A stretch of DNA of 64,000 nucleotides, taken from Candidatus Iainarchaeum sp. (GTDB taxonomy: Archaea > Iainarchaeota > Iainarchaeia > Iainarchaeales > JAZDFD01). Shown one piece after another: positions 10,370 to 18,771 of this stretch (positions within the stretch are counted from its first letter, which is position 1; the number at the start of each line of letters is the position of its first letter). Below the pieces are notes generated by a model. That model searched no databases. It was given only the letters and a program-made list of their open reading frames with translations, and was not told the DNA's origin. The stretch lies in contig JAZDFD010000001.1 of NCBI GenBank assembly GCA_043808155.1, forward strand, positions 1 to 64,000. Reading direction: 5' to 3'. The translations under genes were made by a program, and so were the position numbers.

Positions 10370-10611
10370 GGGGTCATAGTGTAACCTGGTATCACCACAG
10401 GCTCCAGAATTTTTATTTTTGGAGGCGGAGGGCATGTATTGTGCCCAATGACGAATAACAGGTAGGATGAGTCTGCTTTTGCAGGCAGTGACAAAAAATG
10501 TGAGTGCTTAAAGCACGAACAAGTGTCAGTGAAACTGACACGAATTCGCACGCGGAATTTGCCGCGTAGTGGAGTTACCTGTTAATCTGGGTTCAAATCC
10601 CGGTGACCCCA
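10370..10611 (+). tRNA. tRNA-Trp(CCA) with 169-nt intron (10408-10576)
   Basis: GGGGTCA/TGACCCC acceptor, ACAGG/CCTGT anticodon stem, CCA anticodon, BHB at 37/38, GTTCAAATC T-loop. Confidence 0.93.
10415..10494 (+). ncRNA. Intron-encoded box C/D guide RNA
   Basis: ATGACGA at 10448; guide TAACAGGT complementary to 3' exon ACCTGTTA; D-like ATGA at 10467 places D+5 on C39. Confidence 0.7.
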
Positions 10612-10710
10612 CATTTCTTTTTTAGAATATTAATGAGGTATTGAGCGAAATCCGCCAATGGGACATAGAGTGTGCAAAGAACTTTAAGTTAATTGTAATA
10701 TGTGTTAGTT

Positions 10711-11661
10711 ATGAACAAAAAATTTACAATTGGTATTCCTGCACATAATGAAGAAGAATCAATTGAAAGAACATTAAATAGTTTACTGAAAAGTAAAGTT
10801 CCCGCAGGTTACGAAAGAGAGATTATTGTTTGTGCGCATAATTGTCATGATAAAACAGCTGAAATAGTAAAACAGATTGCGAAAAAAGATAAAGAGGTAA
10901 AATTAATTGAACTCAGAACAACAGGAAAAAAAGAGGGGCGATTCAATCCATTAAATGAAATTAGGCGTGTCAGTAATTCAGAGATTATTATTTTTTGTGA
11001 CGCCGATGTGATAGTTGATAGCAGAGCCATAGGCAGACTTGTTTTAGATTTTGAAAAAATGCCACATATATTAGCAGCTTCAGGCGTATCGCGACCCACA
11101 GAAAGCAGAATTTTCATAAAACAAAAAGATCCAGCTAATATAATTACGTCTTTGAGAAAAAAACAAATACGAGAACCTGCTTTGCATGGTAGATTGTATG
11201 GAATAAGAACAAAATTAGTTCCGATATTTCCGCCATTAATGTTAGATGACCTTTTTATGTCTGCATGGGTAGGTAAAAACAGAATGCACATCGACCCAGA
11301 CGTAAAAGTATATTCCCGAAGCCCTCAAACAGTTGAAGACTATTATAAAAGACAGGTTTTGATGTACATAGCTGAACAAGAAATACTGGAAAATGCAGAA
11401 CGTTATGCTAAAGAGTACAGAGGAACTAAATCTGCGAGTTTGGATGATTTTATTAAATATGTGGAAGGTGTTGCTAAAAGCTACGAATTTGATCCTAAAA
11501 AAGTCCACAAGCCTCTGACTCAGGAAGAAACGTCTTTTGTTGAAGTTTATAAAATGCTGAGGGAAACAGCGAAAATGCATTCTCAGTGGGAACGTGACCC
11601 TCAGTGGGTTAAGACTCACAGTGCCAAATTGAAAAAAATAAATCCCAGTCACAGAAAATAA
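10711..11661 (+). CDS. Glycosyltransferase family 2
   Basis: IPAHNEE, FCDADV and DD motifs; basic C-terminus. Confidence 0.85.
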   Translation: MNKKFTIGIPAHNEEESIERTLNSLLKSKVPAGYEREIIVCAHNCHDKTAEIVKQIAKKDKEVKLIELRTTGKKEGRFNPLNEIRRVSNSEIIIFCDADVIVDSRAIGRLVLDFEKMPHILAASGVSRPTESRIFIKQKDPANIITSLRKKQIREPALHGRLYGIRTKLVPIFPPLMLDDLFMSAWVGKNRMHIDPDVKVYSRSPQTVEDYYKRQVLMYIAEQEILENAERYAKEYRGTKSASLDDFIKYVEGVAKSYEFDPKKVHKPLTQEETSFVEVYKMLRETAKMHSQWERDPQWVKTHSAKLKKINPSHRK

Positions 11662-11702
11662 ACTGAGAAATCCTTAAATAGTCCTGATTCTTTATTTATA
11701 CC

Positions 11703-12263
11703 ATGGCTATTAAGCAGAGAAATATGCTCTCGGAAGCAAGAAATGCTTTTTCAAAAAGTGATGTTTTCAAACTTCGTGAACTGAGCAATGAAGCCGTGAG
11801 GAACGCCTCACTGAATAATGATAAATTTATGGCAGAAATTGCAATTCTGGCTTATGCACTGCACAAACTTTCATCAAAAGAACACATTACAAAAAGCAGA
11901 CAATGGGAAACTATAAAAAAGAATATTCTGCGTTCAATGAGCAAAACAATTTCACTAATGGAATCTGAAAATTTAAAGGAATTCAAACAAAGTCTTAAAG
12001 AAGTAGTTGAGAGCGTAAGTGATGCAGATACTCATTTGGGCTATTTTTCACAGACACTTTACAGTAAAGCGCGGATAAAAGTTGCATCAACAGCTTATTC
12101 CTTAGGCATGTCTTTAAGTCAGGCAGTTGATTTAACAGATGCAGACAAAAGCAGATTACTTTCATATATTGGTGGCACGAGAATTTCAGACGAAGAAGTT
12201 GTCCACTTGGGAATTGCGGAAAGACTTGAAAAATTAAAGAAAGAACTGAGTGATAAGAAATGA
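11703..12263 (+). CDS. Hypothetical helical protein, possible partner of the PIN protein
   Basis: Overlaps the PIN gene start; HTH-like C-terminus. Confidence 0.65.
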   Translation: MAIKQRNMLSEARNAFSKSDVFKLRELSNEAVRNASLNNDKFMAEIAILAYALHKLSSKEHITKSRQWETIKKNILRSMSKTISLMESENLKEFKQSLKEVVESVSDADTHLGYFSQTLYSKARIKVASTAYSLGMSLSQAVDLTDADKSRLLSYIGGTRISDEEVVHLGIAERLEKLKKELSDKK

Positions 12264-12928
12264 AATTTATTGTTGATGCAAGTACACTTATTTCAATTTC
12301 TCAAACCTGTTTGATAAAAACTCTTGAAAATTTAAGACAACTGAGTTGTGAATTCGTAATTACCAAAAGCGTGGAATATGAAGCAGTAACACACCCTATG
12401 CAAATAAAACGTTTTGAACTAAATGCTGAAAGAATAAAAAAATCAATTGATGACGGATGGATTGAAATTTTAGAACCGATTGCGGAAACTGAGGAAATTG
12501 AAAAAAAAATTGAGTTTCTTGCAAATAATTCTTTTTTCTACAAACAAAAACCAATAAAAATAATTCACAGAGGAGAAATTGAAACTCTTGCATTGCTTAA
12601 GACTAGACAAGCAGATGCACTTGTTATTGATGAAAGAACTGCAAGAATGCTTATTGAAAATCCCGAGGCAATGAGAAAAACCATTCAAAGAAGAAAAGGT
12701 CTGATTATCAATAAAAATGAGAAAAATATTTCTGAATTAAAATCAATGTTTGAAGATGTAAGCATTTTGAGATCAACTGAATTAGTTGCGTTTGCATTTG
12801 AAAATGGTCTGCTTAAAGATGAAATTGGGGATACTAAACAGTCACTTGAGGCTGCACTCTACGCAGTGAAATACGCAGGCTGTGCTGTTTCGGGTTTTGA
12901 AATTGAACAGTTTCTGAAGGGAAAATAA
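12260..12928 (+). CDS. PIN-domain protein
   Basis: IVDASTLI, IHRGEIETLAL and IDERTAR motifs. Confidence 0.8.
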   Translation: MKFIVDASTLISISQTCLIKTLENLRQLSCEFVITKSVEYEAVTHPMQIKRFELNAERIKKSIDDGWIEILEPIAETEEIEKKIEFLANNSFFYKQKPIKIIHRGEIETLALLKTRQADALVIDERTARMLIENPEAMRKTIQRRKGLIINKNEKNISELKSMFEDVSILRSTELVAFAFENGLLKDEIGDTKQSLEAALYAVKYAGCAVSGFEIEQFLKGK

Positions 12929-13389
12929 TGAAAATTCTAAAAGCAGAAAAAGAAGATGTGAATGATATTTTCCCATTGCTTACAAAAGAATTTTCATATG
13001 TGAAAGTGGATTATGCAATTTTACTTAAGAGACTTGATGATGAAAATATTTTCATTTACAAAATAACTGAAAATTCGAAATTTGCAGGATTTATTGATAT
13101 GCAGATTTTGGAGAAAGGGATTGCCAGAATTAATGGGCTTGCGATTGTAGATGACGCACGCGGAAAACATTTGGGAAAAACACTTCTTGAATTTGGAATT
13201 GATTTTTTAAAAAAGAGGGGGATTGAAAGCATAAAACTCCTTGTGAAAGAAAATAATGAAACTGCAAGAAAACTTTACAAAGACGCAGGTTTTTCGTTTA
13301 TAGGTTTGCACCACGAGAACATCGAGGGTGCAGTAATTGAAGAAATGGAACTGAATTTAAGTAAAGAAAAACCAAAAGGCGTTAGTTAA
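12928..13389 (+). CDS. GNAT acetyltransferase
   Basis: ARGKHLGKTLL and NETARKLYKDAGF motifs. Confidence 0.9.
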   Translation: MKILKAEKEDVNDIFPLLTKEFSYVKVDYAILLKRLDDENIFIYKITENSKFAGFIDMQILEKGIARINGLAIVDDARGKHLGKTLLEFGIDFLKKRGIESIKLLVKENNETARKLYKDAGFSFIGLHHENIEGAVIEEMELNLSKEKPKGVS

Positions 13390-13397
13390 TCAGTTAA

Positions 13398-14852
13398 TTA
13401 GTAACTCTTTGCAAAGTATGCTTTTTCTTTTGCAGGTTTTCCGCATTTGATGCATTTTCCTTCATTACACTTTTGGCTGAAAGGAATGCATCTTGAGGTT
13501 GCAGTTGTTTCATCTTTTATTGTTTCTTCGCATTGTTCATTCATGCAGAAATATGCAAGCACAAATTTCTTGTCTTTTATTGCCTGTGTGAATTTGTCCC
13601 ATGAAGTCACTTCAGCAGTATTTTCATCTAAAAATTTCTTTGCTTTTTTGAAAAGATCTTTTTGCATTGTTTCAAGTTCTTTTTCAATTTCTTTTTCAAG
13701 ATCTGAGATTTTCACAAATTTCTTTTTGCCTGTGTCTCTTCTCACAATAACTGCCTGCTTTTTTTCCAAATCCTTTGGTCCGATTTCAACGCGTATTGGG
13801 ATTCCTTTCAGTTCCCATTCATTGAATTTCCAGCCCGCACTATGAGTTTCTCTGTTGTCAAAAATAGGATTGAATTTTTTCAGTTTTTTTGAAATTTTTT
13901 CTGTTTCTTTCAGAACTTTGTCTTTTGTTTTTTCGAAAATAATCGGAACAATTACAATTTTGTTGTAAGCGAGTTTTGGGGGGAGTATTAGTCCTTTGTC
14001 ATCCGAATGCGACATCACAGTTGCACCAATTAATCTTGTTGAGAAACCCCATGAACTTTGCCAGGGTAATTGTTCAGTGCTGTCTTCACCTATGAATTTT
14101 ATTCCGAAAGCTTTTGCAAAGCCCTGACCTAAATTGTGTGATGTTCCCATTTGCAGTGCTTTTCCGTCAGGCATTAGCGCTTCTAATGTCAGAGTGTAAT
14201 ATGCACCAGGAAATGTTTCATATTTTGATTTCATTCCTCCCAGCACAGGAATTGCAAGAAGTTCTTCGCATAATTTTTTGTATTCGCCAAGGAACATTTT
14301 CACTTCTGTGTCGCATTCTTCTTTTGTTGCATAGACACAATGCCCTTCCTGCCATAAAAATTCTCTTGTGCGTAAAAATAATTTAGTTTGTTTTACTTCC
14401 CATCTCAGAACATTACACCATTGGTTAATTCTCAAAGGGAGGTCTCTGTGTGAACGAATCCATTTTGAATAGGCATCATACATTATTGTTTCAGAAGTTG
14501 GCCGGATTGCAACTCTTTCTTCAGTGTCATCTTTAGATTCAATCCATGCTAATTCAGGTGCAAAACCTTCGGCATGTTCTGCTTCTTTTTTGAAGAAACT
14601 TTCAGGAATTAGTAAAGGAAAGTAACCATTCATTACTCCGTGTTCTTTAATTCGTGCATTGAAAAAATCCTGAATGCTTTCCCACATTGCATAGGCACGG
14701 GGACGTATAATCATGAAGCCACGCACTGGACCATAATCTGCAAGTTCTGCTTTCAGAACTATTTGATTGTACCATTCAGAAAAATCTTCTTCTTTTTTAA
14801 CAGTCAAACCAAGCTGCTGTTCTTCTTCTTTTTTTGCACACATTTTAATCAC
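13398..14852 (-). CDS. proS: Proline--tRNA ligase (archaeal type)
   Basis: RPTSET, FLRTREFLWQEGH, SWGFSTR motifs and C-terminal AKSY. Confidence 0.97.
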   Translation of the reverse strand: MIKMCAKKEEEQQLGLTVKKEEDFSEWYNQIVLKAELADYGPVRGFMIIRPRAYAMWESIQDFFNARIKEHGVMNGYFPLLIPESFFKKEAEHAEGFAPELAWIESKDDTEERVAIRPTSETIMYDAYSKWIRSHRDLPLRINQWCNVLRWEVKQTKLFLRTREFLWQEGHCVYATKEECDTEVKMFLGEYKKLCEELLAIPVLGGMKSKYETFPGAYYTLTLEALMPDGKALQMGTSHNLGQGFAKAFGIKFIGEDSTEQLPWQSSWGFSTRLIGATVMSHSDDKGLILPPKLAYNKIVIVPIIFEKTKDKVLKETEKISKKLKKFNPIFDNRETHSAGWKFNEWELKGIPIRVEIGPKDLEKKQAVIVRRDTGKKKFVKISDLEKEIEKELETMQKDLFKKAKKFLDENTAEVTSWDKFTQAIKDKKFVLAYFCMNEQCEETIKDETTATSRCIPFSQKCNEGKCIKCGKPAKEKAYFAKSY

Positions 14853-14878
14853 TTACATAATGGTTTTTGAATTTTTAA

Positions 14879-14913
14879 TATTACCGCACTATCGCACAGC
14901 AATAGTGCACATA
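14879..14913 (+). repeat. Module A palindrome
   Basis: TATTAC-CGCACTAT...ATAGTG-CACATA. Confidence 0.75.
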
Positions 14914-14941
14914 CAGATCTCCACCAGATCTCTCCGGTGTG

Positions 14942-15016
14942 TGGGAGCGCCCGGATTTGAACCGGGGTCGCAAGACCCCCAGCCTTGAATGCTAGACCAG
15001 ACTACACTACGCCCCC
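14942..15016 (-). tRNA. tRNA-Pro(GGG)
   Basis: Cloverleaf GGGGGCG...CAAGG-CT-GGG-GG-TCTTG...GTTCAAATCCGGGCGCTCCCA. Confidence 0.95.
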
Positions 15017-15033
15017 TACAAAAAAATTTGACA

Positions 15034-15099
15034 TATTACTGCAGGTTCGAATGAAATGAGAATCTGCACATATTCGTACCCGCCGGACGTGACGGCGAA
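15034..15099 (+). repeat. Module A+C palindrome between the two tRNA-Pro genes
   Basis: TATTAC-TGCAGGTTC...GAATCTG-CACATA followed by GTACCCGCCGGACGTGACGGCGAA. Confidence 0.8.
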
Positions 15100-15174
15100 T
15101 GGGACCACCCGGATTTGAACCGGAGTCACAAGCTCCCAAAGCTTGAATGCTAGACCAGACTACACCATGGCCCC
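15100..15174 (-). tRNA. tRNA-Pro(TGG)
   Basis: GGGGCCA...CAAGC-TT-TGG-GA-GCTTG...GGTCCCA. Confidence 0.95.
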
Positions 15175-15258
15175 AAGGCGATATCCTCGAGCTCGCCGAA
15201 CGGCCGGCGAGTGCAGGCACCACTTTCAGTGGCGCTAGCTCACTACGTTCGCTAAGGC
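15175..15258 (-). repeat. Composite palindromic leader of tRNA-Pro(TGG)
   Basis: Homologous to the tRNA-Trp leader; the 38 nt immediately 5' of the tRNA are identical. Confidence 0.85.
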
Positions 15259-15412
15259 TTAAACCTTCGACATTAAACTCAAGAATTGCTGAAAAAGATT
15301 TGGTTTGATAAGTATTAAAAATAGAACTTTTAATCCAGTGGAACCAATCCCCTTCTTTTCATGTGAATCAAATTAATTAAGTGAGGAAGAATTTAAATAG
15401 TTTTTCATTGTA

Positions 15413-16030
15413 CTATTTTCTTCTGGATTTTTTGACGGGTTTTCTGAACTTTTTTTCTTCTTTTTGTTTTCTGATCTTTCTAATGAGCGTTTCTTGCAAT
15501 CTGCCAGTTGTGTGAACAAAATTCAAAAGTTTAATACCTCTGTTCTTGAGGTTTATTTTGACTTGTTGATGCTTCAGCTTTAATTCTTCATCAATGACTC
15601 TTAATGTTGTTGGAACACACCACTGTTCAAAACTCCCAAAGCCGATAACTTCAACTTTTTTAGGATTAAAATTATATTTACCTACAACTTTTTTTATGCG
15701 ACCCTGCAAATGAGTTGGAAATGGTTCAGTAAAAACTTCACAATTTTTAACTTTGGCTCTTAAAAGTTTCTCAAACTCATCTTCCATTATGTGTGCTTTG
15801 TTTTTTCTGACGTAAATAAAAAGAGTGTTAGTAGCACTGTGCATTTCTAATGATTTTTTGTAGGCTTCAAAAAATCTCCTGTAGGGGTATTCACTAATTC
15901 TCTTAATTTCTTCAGGAGTTAGTCCTTCATAATACCTGTCAGTGTAATCCTCGGGATTAAATTCTTCGCTCATTAAAAGAAATGGAGGGTGTACAAAAGC
16001 GACTATTTTGTCAATTCTTTCTTTTCCCAT
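15413..16030 (-). CDS. Hypothetical protein with very basic C-terminus
   Basis: Long ORF ending RKPVKKSRRK; GxxxxxCV motif weakly like cysteine hydrolases. Confidence 0.6.
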   Translation of the reverse strand: MGKERIDKIVAFVHPPFLLMSEEFNPEDYTDRYYEGLTPEEIKRISEYPYRRFFEAYKKSLEMHSATNTLFIYVRKNKAHIMEDEFEKLLRAKVKNCEVFTEPFPTHLQGRIKKVVGKYNFNPKKVEVIGFGSFEQWCVPTTLRVIDEELKLKHQQVKINLKNRGIKLLNFVHTTGRLQETLIRKIRKQKEEKKFRKPVKKSRRK

Positions 16031-16092
16031 ATATAAACATTGTTTTTTGTCATTAAAATAGCTTTTTATCGTTTTTTGTGCTTTTAGTATGC

Positions 16093-17928
16093 ATGCAATT
16101 CAGAAAAGTAGCAGAGTATTTTGAGAAAATTGAGAAAGTTTCTTCGCGTTTGGAGATGACTGATTTAGTGAGTGAATTACTCTCGAAAGCTTCAAAATCA
16201 GATATTGCTAATGTGATTTATTTAAGCCAGGGGAAACTTGGTCCTGATTTTTTAAGTTTGGAACCAGGGCTGGGGGAAAAACTTGTTATTGAAGCAATTA
16301 CTAAATTTTCAGGTTATGAGAAAATTGAAATTGAAAAGAAATTTAAAAAACAGGGTGATCTGGGTTTAGTTGCATTTGAACTTGCGGAAAAGAAAAAACA
16401 GCAGAGTTTATTTTCAGAAGAATTAAGTGTTGAAAAAGTTTTCAGGAATTTTGAGAAGATTGCAAATGCAGAAGGCGCTGGGAGTCAGGAATCTAAAATC
16501 AGATTGCTTTCCGAGCTTTTGAATTCTGGATCTGCATTGGAAGCTAAATTTTTAGTTCGGGTTCCGTTGGGAACATTAAGATTAGGAATTGGTGATCCTA
16601 CATTGATGGATGCACTTGCACTGAATTATATTGATGAATTTAAAACAGGAAATAAAAAAGTAGTTTCTGAAATTGAAAAAGAAGTTAAAATAAAAAAAGA
16701 AAAAGAACGGGCAGAGGAAATTTCAAGAAAAATAAAAATGAAAATCCGTGAAGGAATTGAAGCAAAGTATAATGTAATGCCTGATTTAGGAGAAATTGCA
16801 GAAAATCTGAAAGCAAATGGTTTGGCGGGTTTGAAAAAAATAAAAATTAAAATTGGGGTGCCCATAAGACCAACACTGGCGGAAAGACTGCCTAGTGCAG
16901 ATGAAATTCTTAAAAAAATTGGCAAGTGTGCAGTTGAACACAAATATGACGGATTTAGATTTCAGGTTCACAAGAAAAATAATGAAGTTACAATTTTCTC
17001 ACGGAAGCAGGAAAATATGACACACATGTTTCCAGAAATTGTTGAAGGTGTGAGAAAACAAATTTCTGCAAAGGAAGCAATTATTGAGGGCGAAGCACTT
17101 GCATTTGATGAAGAAAAGAAAAGATATTACCCCTTTCAGGTTACAATTCAGAGAAAAAGAAAATATGATATTGACCAGAAAGCAGTTGAATTGCCACTGG
17201 AACTTTTTGTTTTTGATGTGATGTATGTTGATGGAAAAGAAACCATGAGCAAGAAATTTTCTGAAAGAAGAAAAATACTTGAAAAATTGATTAAGAAAGG
17301 GCCAGTAATAAAACCAACTGAAAGTATTATTTCAGAATCAGTTGGAGAAATTGAAACATTCTTTGAAAATGCGATTGCGAAAGGATTGGAAGGAATAATT
17401 GCGAAGGATTTGAATGCACCTTATATTGCAGGTGCGCGAAAGTATGCATGGATTAAGCTGAAGAAATCATATTCTGACAAAATGACGGATTCAGTTGATG
17501 TTGTTATAATTGGTTATGACAAAGGCAAGGGGCAGAGAACTAAATTTGGTTTGGGAAATTTGCTGACAGCATCATATGATGAGGAAAGCGATATGTTTAA
17601 TTCGGTTGCAAGAATTGGAACAGGAATTACTGAAGAAAGATTAAAAGAATTAGAAGAAATGCTAAGCAAAACTAAGGTTTCTTCAAAACCAGCGCGTGTA
17701 AATTCCGAAATTAAGCCAGATGTGTGGGTTGAACCAAAATATGTTATTGAAGTTATTGCAGATGAAGTTACGCAAAGCCCCCTGCATATGTGTGCGTTTG
17801 ATAAAAAAGAAAAAACAGGTCTCGCACTGAGATTTCCCAGAATGGTTTCATTTAGAGTTGATAAATCACCTGAAGAAGCAACAACGGATTTTGAAATTAT
17901 GAAAATGTACAAACAGCAAACGAAGTAA
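16093..17928 (+). CDS. lig: ATP-dependent DNA ligase
   Basis: EHKYDGFR, EGIIAK, WIKLK and LRFPR motifs. Confidence 0.97.
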   Translation: MQFRKVAEYFEKIEKVSSRLEMTDLVSELLSKASKSDIANVIYLSQGKLGPDFLSLEPGLGEKLVIEAITKFSGYEKIEIEKKFKKQGDLGLVAFELAEKKKQQSLFSEELSVEKVFRNFEKIANAEGAGSQESKIRLLSELLNSGSALEAKFLVRVPLGTLRLGIGDPTLMDALALNYIDEFKTGNKKVVSEIEKEVKIKKEKERAEEISRKIKMKIREGIEAKYNVMPDLGEIAENLKANGLAGLKKIKIKIGVPIRPTLAERLPSADEILKKIGKCAVEHKYDGFRFQVHKKNNEVTIFSRKQENMTHMFPEIVEGVRKQISAKEAIIEGEALAFDEEKKRYYPFQVTIQRKRKYDIDQKAVELPLELFVFDVMYVDGKETMSKKFSERRKILEKLIKKGPVIKPTESIISESVGEIETFFENAIAKGLEGIIAKDLNAPYIAGARKYAWIKLKKSYSDKMTDSVDVVIIGYDKGKGQRTKFGLGNLLTASYDEESDMFNSVARIGTGITEERLKELEEMLSKTKVSSKPARVNSEIKPDVWVEPKYVIEVIADEVTQSPLHMCAFDKKEKTGLALRFPRMVSFRVDKSPEEATTDFEIMKMYKQQTK

Positions 17929-17936
17929 AAAATAAT

Positions 17937-18004
17937 TATTACCGTGGCATTGAGCAAAACGAAATGCCACACATAAATCGGAGCACCCGTACGAAATCGG
18001 GTAG
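17937..18004 (+). repeat. Module A+C palindrome
   Basis: TATTAC-CGTGGCATT...AATGCCA-CACATA; GCACCCGTACGAAATCGGGTAG. Confidence 0.8.
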
Positions 18005-18012
18005 GTGGTATT

Positions 18013-18720
18013 ATGACTGAGTTATTGTATCTGAGTGATTCTTATCTGAAAAAATTTGAAGCACAAGTTGTTAGTGTAACTGATGGAAAATTTGTGGTTT
18101 TGGATAAATGCGCATTTTATCCGGAAAGCGGAGGGCAACCTTCAGATACGGGTTATCTGGAAAAAGATGGAAATAAAATGAATGTAATTTTTGCAAAGAA
18201 AATGGGTGAGAATATTTCACTTCAGGTTGAAGATTGCAATTTGAAAGAAGGTGACAAGGTAAAGTGTGCAATTGACTGGGATAGAAGATACAGATTTATG
18301 AGAATGCACACTGCAGCACATATTTTGAGTGCAATAATTTTCAAAGAGCTTGGCTGTTTGATTACAGGAAACCAATTAGGAGAAGAAAAAAGCAGAATGG
18401 ATTTTAATGTTGAAGATTTTGACAGAGAGTTATTAATTTCATTTGAAAAAAAAGCAAATGAAATTATAAAAAGAAATTTAGAGGTTGAAGTGTCTTATAT
18501 GTCCGCAGAAGAGGCATTCAAAAATGAACAATTATTCCGGCTTAAGGATGTTCTTCCTAAAAATCTGAAAGAGCTCCGCATTGTAAAAATCGGGGATTTT
18601 GATATTCAGGCTGACGGTGGAACCCATGTGAAGAACACGTCTGAAATTGGGTCTGTTAAAATCACTAAAATTGGAAATAAAGGCACAAACAACAGAAGGA
18701 TTTATTTTATACTGGAATAG
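18013..18720 (+). CDS. alaX: Alanyl-tRNA editing protein AlaX-M
   Basis: FYPESGGQPSD, HTAAH and ADGGTH motifs. Confidence 0.93.
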   Translation: MTELLYLSDSYLKKFEAQVVSVTDGKFVVLDKCAFYPESGGQPSDTGYLEKDGNKMNVIFAKKMGENISLQVEDCNLKEGDKVKCAIDWDRRYRFMRMHTAAHILSAIIFKELGCLITGNQLGEEKSRMDFNVEDFDRELLISFEKKANEIIKRNLEVEVSYMSAEEAFKNEQLFRLKDVLPKNLKELRIVKIGDFDIQADGGTHVKNTSEIGSVKITKIGNKGTNNRRIYFILE

Positions 18721-18771
18721 TGCTGGTTTTACTCAGCTTAGATTTAAATATTTCATTTGTGTTATTAGAAC

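Noticed and set aside
10312-10551. Short ORFs over tRNA and repeat loci (also 15002-15223, 28252-28467, 46128-46316)
   Set aside because: They are translations of tRNA genes and GC-rich palindromes with no protein features.
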